Below, piece after piece: positions 37,931 through 51,800 of a stretch of 64,000 nucleotides of DNA. The stretch is from Lytechinus pictus (lineage: Eukaryota): contig NC_087251.1 in the NCBI RefSeq assembly GCF_037042905.1, positions 32,924,001 through 32,988,000 of the forward strand, written 5' to 3'. A model generated the notes under the pieces. That model did not search any database, had not been told where the DNA came from, and saw only the letters and a list, made by a program, of their open reading frames with translations. The translations under genes were made by a program, and so were the position numbers. How positions within the stretch are numbered: position 1 is the first letter of the stretch; the number at the start of each line of letters is the position of its first letter.

Positions 37931-40258
37931 GATACACTTAAGTTTCTTGTCATGCTACAAACTTGCCGGCCATAATAAAAGGGAATCAAAATTCGGTAAT
38001 CACTTCTGGCTACCACTGGTTGGATTATGAGCAAACCTTGGGGGGGGGGGGGTACTAAGAATTGCTTTACATGGGGGTGTGCAGCTGAAGCCTTAAAACC
38101 CATACCTCTTTTTAAGGGTAATTTTAGAAGAAAAAGAGTACCAATTAAAAAGGATTTTCTTAAAATAAAGAGACCCATGTTATGCATGTTCCAGTCGTTT
38201 GTCAATTTTTGCATAACTTTACAAACTGAAAAGAATTAAGAAAAAAGATAATCAATCAAGATCAACAAGGGGGGGGGGTATGTGTAAGGACTTTCCAGCC
38301 CAAAACCAAATCCTGTGTTTAAGGATTCTTCATAAAAAATGACCTAGCAGTACATTCCTCATATGTCAATACACTGCAAGTATCCTACTCCTCCCATCCC
38401 CTCCCCACCTCCCCCAGGCCTTCAAGATGCTCAAAGCTAGCTAATGCCGAGTCTTCTTACGGACATCTTGAAGTGTTAAACAAAGATTTAAGTCTGACTA
38501 CAAGTCACACTTAAATTTCAAGTTGCAGTGGACTTGTAAAGCTTTATCCCTTTTTAAAGTCCAGATAAATGTGAATGGGGAATATTCTGAAAGATGAATC
38601 CAAATTTCAGACGTACAACTACATTGAGACATTTGCACTTTACAAATTTCATTTGTCAGAATCAATTTGCAAAGTATCAGAGCCTGGACATTTTTTTTTT
38701 CACAAAATGAAAAAAGCTTCCATACATAGTCACCAGCTCCTGGACAAAATGTTTTATATGCAGTGTCAGTTGGGACTTCATTTCTATAAAGTTCACAAAA
38801 ATCATGATATCCTGAATGAATTTTATATTTAAAAACAAAATATATAACACTTGCTAGTTCATTACATTCAAACTTTTCTACACAACAACAAAGAAATTAT
38901 GAATAAGAAAAAAAACTAGAATAAATATTGCACCAACAGATTTTAACTTCATTTCTCTTAAAATGTATTTCTGAAACACTACATTTCAAAGAAAGAAAAT
39001 GTTTAATGATATTATTTTCTTTTCGAAGACTGCAATTATTTCAGAAAAACTATACGTAATGCTCAAAATATTCTGAACACTATTTGTTTCCTCATATTAT
39101 TTGCATAAATGATATAAAAGGTAAAACTTTTTAGACAACTTAATTTACCAATGCAAACTCACAAATTCATGTATTAAGTCCAATTCTAATTTAAGTACTT
39201 GATAGGCTTCCATAATGCTTTAATGGCAATGTACTCCACTATTAAAGTACAGTATTCAAAATAATTGTTCAAAGCTAGTTGTGATTTTCTTATAAAATAT
39301 CTTTATATGCAGTATCAAATATATACACTTATATAACTACAAATCTAAATCAATAAACAAAGTTATATTATGTACATATCAAATTTGGTATTAGCATAAT
39401 GGAATTCAATTTATTGATATTTCAAGAAAAAACTTCATATTGGGATAAACATTCCCCACTTCATTTTAAGTTCATATGAAAATAGTTTTTAAATAAACTT
39501 ATACATAAGAAAATTGAAATAAATGTAACTCGCATAGTTTCTTAACAAATAAACAATAATTGCTTGATTTGCTAAAATGGAAGCCAAGTGATTTATTTCA
39601 GAGTGCAATATTATAATAATACAGCCTTGTGTGAATAGAAAAAAATTCCATCATGGGCAAAAGATCTGTCCAACCATATTTCAATTTGTTATCACATGCC
39701 CAGACATAGCAAATAAGATGAAGAACAAAAAAAAAAGGTAAAGTGATAAACAATGTTAAACTAAAATTGCAAGGAGTAATTTCACACAACAGATGCCCAT
39801 GATCAACTGAATGAGAATGTAAAAAATGCATATACCCAGTGAAACTATCTAAAGAAAAATACAGAATTTTGAAATTTGGTCCTTGCTCATGCCAACAATT
39901 TTATGAACTACCAACAACGAAAAAAAAAAACCAGAACTATTCCAAACAAAACAGAATGAGCAACAAACGGTTAATGTAATTCACAAACCCAATGTATATG
40001 GATGACAAACTCGGTCGTTACCGGCAGTATTAACATGTATTGTGTTTGCTTCGAGTCTGCTTCTTCATTCAAATATACAAAATTTGGAGTGTGAAATAAA
40101 AAATATAATCCAAAACAAGTTAATTATTGACAAAAACTAGTTGTTTCAGCCTAGAGAGTTTTATTCAATGAGTGCACATATGTATGTCTCTCAATCTGTC
40201 TCATAATAAAGACATGGATTTATGAATGTCACATTACATGTTTGAGGTGTTCTAATTA

Positions 40259-41010
40259 CAGTCTGACCTTTCTTATCTGGCCACCCCTTATCTGGATCTT
40301 TCTATTATCCGGACACACACTTGCTGAGATTTGTTTTCAATCTAGTACGTGGGGAAATGAGATTTCAATCTAAAATCAAAATTCCTACTCAAACTCACTT
40401 TGATTACATGCATTTTCCAATATAGTCTACATGTACCTACAACCACATTAATTTTTAATGAAAATATCTTACCCAAATCACTGAAAGAACTTAGACAGGA
40501 TAATTTTCCAGTAAATCAGGGCACAGCACAACCATTTTATCGCGTTCTTTTTTTATTTGCGGGGGAAAAACAACACATGTCTCGCTAGCTAGCACTAGGC
40601 CTCGATACGGACAGCACCATCTATCATGTTTGAGCCTACAGTCTAACAATGGCTGACTTTGCGACGCTGCGATGCCCGCCGCGATGATCCAATTTTCAAA
40701 CTTAATTTCATCAAGTCATTCTCTTTCTTTCGAGGTATGCTCGATGTATTCCTAAATCATTTCAGCAGGTAAATTATCCAAGAGTTTTGGCAACCAATAG
40801 ATTTCATTTCTGTAAAAAAAAAACCGCCTATAATTTGCATTGACAGTGCAGTGAATACTGTCTGTGTAGACACACTACAATAGATTACGTGTTGCTACCA
40901 TTGGGGAGGCGCAGCTGCGTGTATTTAATATTGGGTCTCCCAGATCCAGATAAATCCCTTATCCGGATTGGTGCTGGTCCCATTGTGTCCAGATAAGAGA
41001 GGTTGGACTG
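40259..41010. mobile_element. Tc1/mariner-superfamily (pogo/Tigger-like) MITE
   Basis: TA|CAGTCTGACCTTTCTTATCTGG ... CCAGATAAGAGAGGTTGGACTG|TA, with subterminal CTTATCTGG/CTTATCCGG repeats. Confidence 0.8.
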
Positions 41011-41929
41011 TATTATTTCAAAGTGACAAAAATGATGCACTTCTCACTTTACCGCTATTACTACATGTACCTGGTCATCTTGTCTCACAAAATTCATATG
41101 TGCAATCTTTTTATTTGACTTAATACAATATAATTTCTAGTTTTCACAAATACTATAGTGTATGTTTTCAGACTTTGGCACATTTAATAAAGATTCCTTC
41201 TACAAGCTTGACAGTATAATTGCTCCATATAAAAGCGGTCACTATTGTTGTTTTTAGTGAATCCAGCATCTCACTGCACAAGACTAGCCATTTAAAATCA
41301 GTAGTAAATTTAGTATAAATTTGATTGTGTATTGAGCATTATTATGTGACCGATGTCATAGTTACCAGTAAAGGTAGAGTTTACAATTCACGACCCAGAT
41401 TTTTTACCACCAAGTCTAGGCATACCGGAGGATGCTTTCTTCAACCTTGTTAATAGTATGATCACTCTCTTGCTCTTACGAAGCATGAATAGCTTTTCGT
41501 AAGGATATATCGGTCCTTTTTTCTGTTCAAATTGTTGTTGCTGTATAATATGTTCATTACATTAACTGTAGCTATTTCTGGTAGATAAATGACTTCTCAA
41601 GTCTATTTTTACCCCCAAGGAAGGTATACTAGCTTCTTCTGTTTATGGATTTGTACTTCAGTACTTTCCATTTCAACCAAGGGGAGATAAGGAGGAGCTA
41701 CTTCTTCCACTGGTAACATCACAATCTGGGCATCTAGAGCATCTTTGCTTTGCATCCATGGGAAGAAAAAACAGGTGGTTTTGCTGTTCCTGGGTATGTG
41801 GAGCAAAGATCCAACTTGGGCATCCGAGGTTCCTTTCCTTTCATTCTTTGGAAGATATACTGGCTGCTTCTGATGTTCCTGGCTTTGTTGAAGATGATTT
41901 CAGATGAAGATAAATCCTGAAGTCTTCTT

Positions 41930-42857
41930 TTTCCCTTGGGAAGATGAAACATGCTTCAAGATTACTGCTGCTTCTGCTTTTCCTGGGGGCATTGATGAAG
42001 GCTTCACTCTTGGGAACCTCTTATTGGTATCCTTCTTCAAGGCAATCATCATATCATCCCCATCACACGTGAAGTCATCTGTTTACCTTTGGGAAGATAA
42101 ACTGCTTCCAGATTACTGCTGCTTCCACTATTCCTGGGGACATTCAGGAAGGCTTCACTCTTGAGAACCTCTTAATCGAATCTTTCTTCAAGGCAATCAT
42201 CAGACCATCCTCATCACACATGAAAGCTTCAAACTTAGGCACCTTCTTGTTGGAATTCTTCTGTTTACCTTTGGGAAGATAAACTTGCTTCAAGATTTCT
42301 GCTGCTTCTGCTATTCCTTGAAGCACTGAAGAAGCTTTCACTATTGGGAACTTCTTATTGGTATCCTTCAAGGTAATCACCAGTCCATCCCCATCACATG
42401 TGAAGCCTTCTGTTAACCTTTGGGAAGACAAAACTGCTTCAAGACTACTGCTGCTTCCGCTATTCCTGGAGGCACTGACAAAGCCTTCAATCCTGGGAAC
42501 CTCTTATTTGGTATCCTTCTTCAAGGAAATCACTATACCATTTTCATCACATGAAAAGCCTTCTGCGTACCTTTGGCAAGATATACTTGTTTCCAGATTA
42601 CTGCTGCTTCCGCTATTCCTGGGGGCATTGAGGAAGGCTTCAGACTTTTGCACTTTCTTCCTATATGCAGTCACCACAGCATCTCTATCACAGCTGAAGC
42701 CTTCCTTTTTACCTTTGGGAAGATATACTTGCTTCAAGATTACCACTGCTTCCACTGTTCCTGGGGGCATTGAGGAAGGCTTCAAACCTCGGCACCTTCT
42801 TGTTGGTATCCTTCTTCCCCCAGGCAATTACCAGACCATCCTCATCACAGGTGAACA
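41930..42857 (-). repeat. ~150-bp tandem array derived from the LYST C-terminal coding sequence (1 coding copy plus 5 UTR copies)
   Basis: Unit TTCAC.TGTGATG..GATGG..TGATTGCC..GAAGAAGGATACCAA.AAGA.G..GAAGCCTTC..CCCCAGGAA.AG.GGAAGCAG..GTAATCTTGAAGCA..TCTTCCCAAAGGT; unit ends near 42711, 42569, 42416, 42267, 42085 and 41933. Confidence 0.9.
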
Positions 42858-42886
42858 GGAAGTGAGAGTCATGACTAAACGTCAAG
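42709..42886 (-). CDS. LYST: LYST last coding exon
   Basis: acag|[61 protein letters not shown]. Confidence 0.88.
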
Positions 42887-45800
42887 CTGTCAACACAAAG
42901 AAGATCAATATTATATCATACTGAAAGTTTGATAATAGACCAAGAGAAAAACATTTAAAGAGGCAAACAATGCTGTTTTAATTTTGCTATTAGTCAAACA
43001 GACAAAAAAAAACACAACAACAACCAACACTGGGAATTTACAATCTGGTCAAAATTTCAATACTGTCCTAATCTTTGGGGGAAAGCTACAAACTTGTACT
43101 TTCACATCACAATACTGTATTCTACCATATAAAGTGAAATAACTTTGGAAAAAGTCACTCTCTATATGATAGGGTAAACACCTACAAGTATACATGCAAT
43201 TTCTACTAGGAATTTCTATTAGGAATAACTTTTTTGTTGAAATTTACTGAAGAGCTACTCAAACTGACCTTGTAATTGGTCTATGCATTTCTACCGAGAT
43301 GTTCCTGAGTGGACTCAAGTCCAATGTACTCCACATTCTGAAGGAACAAAATGAAGAGGCAAGGGAGAGAGAGAGGAGAAAAAGGAAAAAGGGGAAAAGA
43401 AAGAGAGAGAACACATTTCATTATTCACACATATCTTGATGGCAACAATTGTTATTTTCATATTTCATCATACACGTATTCATAGAATAAGTAACCCAGC
43501 ATTTTAGGCAAACACTAACCAGCAGACATAGCATGTATCTACTATAAACAGAGAGGAAACTGCAAACTAGCAAAAACGAGCCAATTTGAATATTTTTAGC
43601 TGTCAGACTGGTTTCAAGACGACCCTCATCCACTCTCCGTCACTTGAAAATTTACATCAGGACTATTCCATAACACAATCAAACTTTATGTATGTCTGAC
43701 CCTGTTTTCTTCCTCATTCTTGGAATCTTACTTCACTTCATAAAGTGCTCGAGCAATTAGAATATGACAGCATTGTAACCGTTCATATAAAACAGAAAAC
43801 AAAGACAAATCCTGACAGGAATGTCCTACATATACAGGTCACACGTACATACTTTATGGAATTGCCCACAAGTACAGTTGTGCTCAAAAGTAAGTGAACC
43901 CCGACGCAAAATACACTCCTGCATGCCGAGTGTCGAATGTAAACAACACTACAGTGTTCAGCAAGCCCAGAGAAACACACTTTATTGAATGTAATATTTT
44001 ATCACCTCACTTTCATGATTAAAGATCTAAAACATGGCAGAACTTGATCACTTTAAATATGTTAATTTTCTGGTTGGATTCACTATCTTTTGAGCACCAC
44101 TGTACACAAGTGGGCAATTCCATGGAGAGGAGGCGCGATAGCTCAGTCGGTGGAGCAGGGGGTTAAGATCCCGGTGACCCAGGTTTGATTCCCACTTGGT
44201 GTGCTAGTGCCCTTTAATAAGGCATTAGTCCTCATTACCAGGTCCCTCAGAGAGGAACTTAAGCTGTTGGTCCTCTGGTTGCTTGCTTACAAGCATTCAT
44301 GCTTTTGTAGCAATAAGGTAAAAAAAATCACCACCATTTCACCCAGTGAAACTATTATGAATCATTGTTAAATCAAAGACATTCATTATATTAAAACATG
44401 TACTTCATGAAAGGTTTTTTTATCTTTTCAATGTATATTGATCACAAACAAATTAACATCAGCAACAAGAAATCTTCTTAACAAGCATATGAAATTACAA
44501 ATAAATATAAATATGTGTGTAACATTTCCATTGCATACTAAGTGGAGGGGGGGGGGTCAAAAGTTGAGGACGTACCTGACGACACCATCATAGCATCCCG
44601 CAGCTATGGCATTGATGGAGATGCCTTCGGGGGCATTGGAGAAAGAGAGGCACAGCATCTGACTGTGGCAGAACACCCTTCCTATCAGATCAGCGTTGAT
44701 ACTCCACAGGGTAAGCTCACTTACACCGGCCGCTGTCAGAGACATAGACAGATCATCAGCAGACGCTGAGGTTAGCAAGGGGTGGGGTGCAGTGAAGGGT
44801 GGGGTGGTGATTGTTAGTCACATTCCAATAACAATAATATAATATGGGGTATATTTACAGTAACCCCAGTACAGATAACAGGGTGGGTGCATTACCATCA
44901 CATTAGGGAGGGATAAATATTGGCAGAGGTTTAAGACATTTACAAAGTGGGATGAGGATCAGGACGAGACAAAAAAGTGAATATCATTGTGGAACCGAAG
45001 TTGGCAGAGGTTAAAGACATTTACAAAACGAGACAGGGATCCGCAAAAGACAAAGGAGTGGTCATTTAGCAGACATACCAGTCAGAATTGCAAGATAGCA
45101 TCCATCCGCGAAACATCGTACAATACAACATAAAATAGGAAGAATTAGCGGATAAAGATCATATTATAGAGCAAGAACAAGGGTAGAAAACAAATACATG
45201 CACAGATATAGGGTAGTGTGTTAGATAATTGAAAAAGGGGGAAAATGAAAAAATGTAGAAATTTAAACATCATAAATTCTATAAAACATGACACGATTAT
45301 ACATTTAAATAAATGGAAATGGCTATTCTACCACCACAAACAATTTCTTTCTATTTCATTAAGATAGGTATGGTGCAGATGATTAAGAACATCCATTCAT
45401 ATCTTGATAACAGAAAAACTGAATATAAATATATGTATTATGCTATTGTGGGAAAGTATTCATTTATCATTTCAACTTTTACATGCAGAGAGCACAAGTA
45501 CACTCACCAACATTGGAGACAGATGCTATGTCACCAGAAACCTCGCTAACAGCTACGGCTATGATACTACCCCCTCGCTTGGTCTCGTCTTTCAATGATC
45601 TCACATAACACAATCTGAATGTGGAAAAAAAGAAAGAAAAGTAAAACAAAACTTTCAGCTCACAACTCAATGTCTTAAACGTACCCATAATACTACACAT
45701 GAAATGGCACCGACAGCTTTTTAGCACAATCCTTTTGGCATATTGTAGTTTAATCTGGATTACGTAATGGGATACTCCACATAAATTTGAGATATCATTT

Positions 45801-48800
45801 GAAAGAAGGTACCTCTTCAGAAGATTAGACAATACGCTGAGAAATTTCCCAGCAATTCTGTCATGATCGCTATTGAATATTGAACATTGACATTTTCAAG
45901 AAAAGAATAAAACAAACATACAAAGCATGCTACAAGACTTTATTTTTTTTCAAATAGATATGATAATAAAGATTATATTTGATGATGTATCAATATAACA
46001 TTACCTATTGAGATCCCATATGATACATGTCCCATCTTGGCTAGCACTGACCAGTATGCTGTATGGTCTGCACACATAAAGGCAGGTGACCGGTCCTGTG
46101 TGTCCGAGAAGACGAACAACTGACCTGGTCACTTCAATGCTGCTTTGCTGTTTGAAAAGGGGGAAAAATGAAAGGAACTTACATCAATCAGCAACCAACA
46201 TCATTAAGCCTGGGTCGGAACGGACCGAATACCAGAATCCGTCCGATGTGTGCGGTTTCCAGATTTTTTTTTCCGTTCTGGTATTCTGAAGAAATGATGT
46301 AATACTTAACAAATAGTTTAACATTTTCTTCTGAAGAATATCTTAACATAATTATCGAGTATGTTTTATTCAGTCTCTAACAAATCATAACCCAGGTTTC
46401 TTTGTTACATTTCAGGTGACCACCGAGAAAAATATGATGAGAAGACGGGAAATGCTTGCCGATGTTTACGTGGCCATCTTGTTCTCTTTGTTAGTAGCTA
46501 GCTAAGCTACAAGACAGCATATAGAGGGCGGCAGACTCTATATGCATCTCGTAGCTTAGCTACTAACATGGAGAACAAGATGGCCACGTAAACATCAGCA
46601 AGCTTTTTCCCATCTTCTCATATTTTTCTTGTTTTTTTAAATGAATATTTGTTCAAGAATGAAATCAATATTGTATAATCTGTCACTTCTTTGTACTTCC
46701 CCGTTCGTGAATTCATTTATCGGGTTACCGGATTCCAACCGGCCCAACACAGGCCGAGTCCGGAACAAAAAAATCCCGACACGACTTGGGCCTAAACATC
46801 ATATTTGAAATTAGCTTCTACATTTGCCCTTCTTCTTATGTTTAGTTGTAGTTATATATGATTTTTATTTCCATTCATTTTTATTTACATGTATCTAGTA
46901 GCACTTTCAATTATATCATTTTGCCTATGGGAGTCTCACAGAAATTTATTATCTGTGCAGATGCGATCATATACTGGTTATCTATTCCCATTCTACTTGC
47001 ATTCATTTATTTGGCAATATCATAAAACATGTACATCCAACCCCATGTATGTGAGACTTTCATGAAATTTTTTGTATCTGATTTTTGGCTCTTTTTACAG
47101 TCTGTAATGTTCTCAAAGGACCATGACTTGGTCAGTTTATAAAGTGAAGGAAGAATTTAGAAAAATGGGGGTCGGATGTACAAAAAGGTTTATTTATATT
47201 TTATTTTAACAAGTGCACACATATTACCAAAAATGTGTAATAGCATTTCCATTTATTTGAATGTAGGATAATATATCAAATCCAAGATCACTGCACTCTC
47301 ATTTGCACTGGCACAAAGATTAATGGACTTAAAAGCTATAAAAAAAAAACATGTTATTTTTTTCATTGTTAATTTCATCCTGCAGAGTGTAAGTTTCATC
47401 CTGTAACCAACAACTGAAGAATTTGATTTGTTAATTTCATCCTGTAATCTACAATCCAGGAATCTGATTAGTTTATTTCATCCTGTAATCTACAACATAA
47501 AGATTTTGAAGTTGTTCATTTCCGGATGAAATGAACATGAGAATCCTAAAAGGAGCAGCTCAATTTGAAATGTACTTTATAATAATTTCAGTTAGTCACT
47601 TTCATCAAAACTAAATTACTATTCATGCTATTAGAGAAAAGGCTATATAAAGTAGGAGAGAAAGAATATTTCTTTTTGAAAATATTGAAGATAATTTTTG
47701 AATTATGGAAGAAAAAAAACTTGTCTCCTAATCACCACTTGGAAGAAAATAAGTAATATTTTAAGAACCCCTTTATCATAAATTAGAGAGGAAGAAGAGA
47801 GTGCCAGAAAGAAAGTAAGCAAGCAAGCAAGAAATTATAAAGGAAAAAAAACAAAGATACAAGAAGAGAAAGAAAGGGGGGAGAGAATTTGTTTTAAGGA
47901 AAGCAGATTGACGAAAGAAAAAAATACAACAAAGGAAAAAAAGAAAAGAAAGAGGGAAAAATATAAAAAGGAAAAAAAATATTCAAGAATGAAACAAAGA
48001 AAAAGATGCAACATTAGTTTTTAAATTTTACCTTGTATGGATTGAACTTGATATTATATGCGATGATCATACCAGAAGCCATTCCAGTAAACATCAGTCG
48101 ACAGTCTGACACTGAACTACAGGTGGTAATCTGGTGGATAAATTGAAAATCATTAAGATTAACTCTTTGCAATTCATTTGTTAGTTTAAAAGGCTCAGTG
48201 AATTGATAACAATTCTGTGATTGCTCTATGATTTTGTTTTCTAACATTACTTGCCTCAGTAACATAAAAATACTCGTCAAAAGCAAATTATATGACAAAT
48301 TTGCCACAGCCAATCAAATTGTAGGATTTCAGGCATTACGGCTTAAACCAACTCAGCTGCGCCTCGGGTGTTAAACCATGCCAAAGTTACCTACCGACCC
48401 ACTCTAACCCATGCATCATTTGTATCCTGTACCAGTCCAGCAATGCCACTTACAAATAAACACAAAATATTGCTAGACTGATGCTGAATCAGCAAACTTC
48501 CAACTAAATAATGTCTATCCACTTACCTCATCATTGGTATTTGACCGCAGAAAGTTAATGGATGAGGTCTTAGCCTTGTGTTTGAGTCTAAGAATGCCAT
48601 TGGAATTACCCAATTGAGATACAACCCTTAACCAGCATTGATAATAAGACTAACACTATCTTCTTACCTCATCATTTGTATTTGACCGTAGGAAGTTAAT
48701 GGCTGGGGTCTTAGTCTTGTGTTTGAGTCGAAGAATGCCATCGGAATGACCCCAGGTCAAGAATCCTGACCATTTGATGTCCACTGCATACATGCTGCTC

Positions 48801-51800
48801 ACACCTGTAGAAAGAGAAAGGAATTTAAAGCTTAATATCTGGAGATGATCGACAAGTTTTCACCATTCTACTTGCTTCTTTTGCAGTTTTCCATTTTGTG
48901 TTGCAAACAATATGTTCTTGCCTTTACCACTCCAATTTTTTCTCTCTCTATCACAATCTTCTTATTCTAAACTTTATTTCATTTATTCATTTAATGTATA
49001 CTTTAATGTCAATGCTAAAAAATGTGATATTTACAAACAATGTGTTTTACTATACTTTTCAAACAAGTGTGAATAATGGTAAAACAAAAGGGAAAACTGC
49101 CACTAGATATACACAAACTATCATTCACAATCTCTGAACTCATTTACCATTATCCATCAAAACGATATAAACATAATCACTTTTTAATATTTAGACAAGG
49201 TAAATGTATGTACAGTTGAGGCCAAAAGTTTACATACACCCATGGAATTCAGTGAAAATTGTTCGCTTGCCAAACATCGTAAAATTTTACTATATCTTCA
49301 TAAATATAAATACTACCATGACAAATTTTGGTATCAAATGAAAGAGCGTATTAAGCTCTTTGACATGGTTGGGATGCCGTTGGGATTTAAGTACATTTCA
49401 AGTGGAATTTCCTTTGAAGATAAAAAAAGTAATATTCGTGCCAAATGTATTCTATTTTTTGTTATTATATTTTCAAACATCGTTTCATAGAAATACATTA
49501 ATGTCAAATTTATGATTTATATTACATTTTCTATCACGATATGTCACCACTGAACAAAAAAGTGTAATATGAAATGTTTGTGTTGAGAAGTAACTAGCAC
49601 AAATTTGAAATGTTTTTTGTCAAGTTCTTATCTTTAACTTGTCTAAAATATGAAGACTTTTTGGGAAAAATTACACCCAAATTTTTTTAGCTCCTGATGA
49701 CAAAGCAATGTGATGAAGGGGCATGAAATACTCATGTGTTCAATTTTAAATTCGTCATGATAGCAAAAACATTTTTAAAGTTTAAAAATTAAATTTTATG
49801 ATGTTTGGCAAGTGCCAACTTTTTCTTTGAATTTCCTGGGTGTATGTAACCTTCTGGCCTCAACTGTATATCTAAAAATTTATTTTTGAGGACTAAGAGC
49901 AAAGAGGAAGAATTATACATACTTTTCTCTTTGCTGTACATGACAAGTAGACACTGGTTCTTGGCCACCCCACACACATTGCCAGTTGGTAGAGGAATAA
50001 GCTGGTTGGGTGTGGTCATGAATGCTTGTTGCCACTTGACCATGGGCTCACTGGACGCTGGTGATCCGAGGTAGTCTCCCCATCGCATGCCCTTTACATG
50101 GGACAGAGGCTCCTGAAAGAAAAAAAAAGAAGATAAATGACCAAGGATGTCAGATATTTAAATAAGTCATTGATACATGTATATAGTGTTTGCCTGTTGG
50201 ATTGTAAGATGTAAGATCTGATGGGACAGGACATCTTCCACAGGGTCAACTGATTCTTTACATTTACCTTACCTCTATGTGCACTCATTAGCAGTGATTT
50301 TAAGAAATATAAAACCCTGAAATCATCCAGTTAGATTATTTCATCTATCTACATTTTCTGATATGAAAAGGCTTAGTCGAGGTAGTTCAGATAGCATTTT
50401 CAGGTGTAGAGACTCAGCAAAGAACAGCTTTCACAGGTGAGGGTGAATGGGTACCTGGCAGGAATTTATTCCTTGAAATGCACTGAGCGCTGGAATACTG
50501 CTTGAGCTACAGCCGGGGTAATTATATCCAAGTCATTTGGAAATGCATAAAGACGTTATTCATAATGTGTTATACAAGAACTGTCCATTATTATTATCAT
50601 TATCTTCAAACCTCTTTGCTAGTCCATGCAGAGTAACATTTTTTCATGATTTCCTAAAAAAATATCAAATCTATGTAGATATCATCTTCAAGATGCTTAT
50701 CAGGGGGGGGGGGGTCACAAAACTCAGCCAATGCAATTTAACGATTTTGGAAGCACAGTTGTCAGTGACAATCACTAAAGTTACTTGATGAAATATTCTC
50801 ATGGGAGCATTTCAACAACAAGTGGAATGCCTCTGGCCGTCTCACCTGCATCACGCGATTCAATATAGCAGCAGTGCTGATTTTGAAAACTACTATAACT
50901 CGCACAAGATGTTCAGTGATACTTGGTTACTCTTATTTCCACGTGTTATGAACTAGACCAATACACTTATAGAGATATGATGGCAATTCAACAAATACCC
51001 CCAATGTGGCCAAAGTTCTTTGACCTTACATGACCTTTGACCTTGATCATGTGACCTGAAACTCGCACAGGATGTTCAGTGATACTTGATTAGTCTTATG
51101 TCCAAGTTTCATGAATCAGATCCATAAACTTCCAAAGTTATGATGGTAATTCAACAGATACCCCCAATTCGGCCAAAGTTCATTGACCCTAAATGACCTT
51201 TGACCTTGGTCATGTGACGTGAAATTCATGCAGGATGTTCAGTGATACTTGATTAACCTTATGTATAAGTTTCATGAACTAGGTCCATATATTTTCTAAG
51301 TTATGATGACATTTCAAAAACTTAACCTTAGGTTAAGATTTTGATGTTGATTCCCCCAACACGGTCTAAGTTCATTGACCCTAAATGACCTTTGACCTTG
51401 GTCATGTGACATGAAACTCAGGCAGGATGTTCAGTAATACTTGATTAACCTTATGGCCAAGTTTCATGAACTAGGTCCATACACTTTCTAAGTTATGCTG
51501 TCATTTAAAAAACTTAACCTTAGGTTAAGATTTGGTGTTGACGCCGCCGCCGCCGCCGTCGGAAAAGCGGCGCCTATAGTCTCACTCTGCTATGCAGGTG
51601 AGACAAAAATGTTCATGAAATGGTCCCCAGTTGTTAGTGAAAATATATGGTTTATGAAATATTCTCTATAACTCACCCTGAAGAGGCCCTTGTCATTAGA
51701 AACTGAGGCTGTCCTAGACCTCGAGGTAAAGGATGACAAGAAGCCCATGTTGACGGTGCCCATCATGGCAGAGTCTGCGATGACAGTGTCCAGATCATTG

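Noticed and set aside
41904..42924. ORFs 42358-42924 (+), 42504-42827 (-), 42144-42431 (-) and 41904-42164 (+) as separate genes
   Set aside because: Antisense or frameshifted readings of the LYST last exon and its tandem copies.
44132..44205. tRNA gene
   Set aside because: A and B boxes are present, but the acceptor stem and anticodon arm do not pair properly and the sequence runs into a SINE-like body.
47780..48010. Purine-rich tract
   Set aside because: Ordinary intronic low-complexity sequence with no discrete structure.
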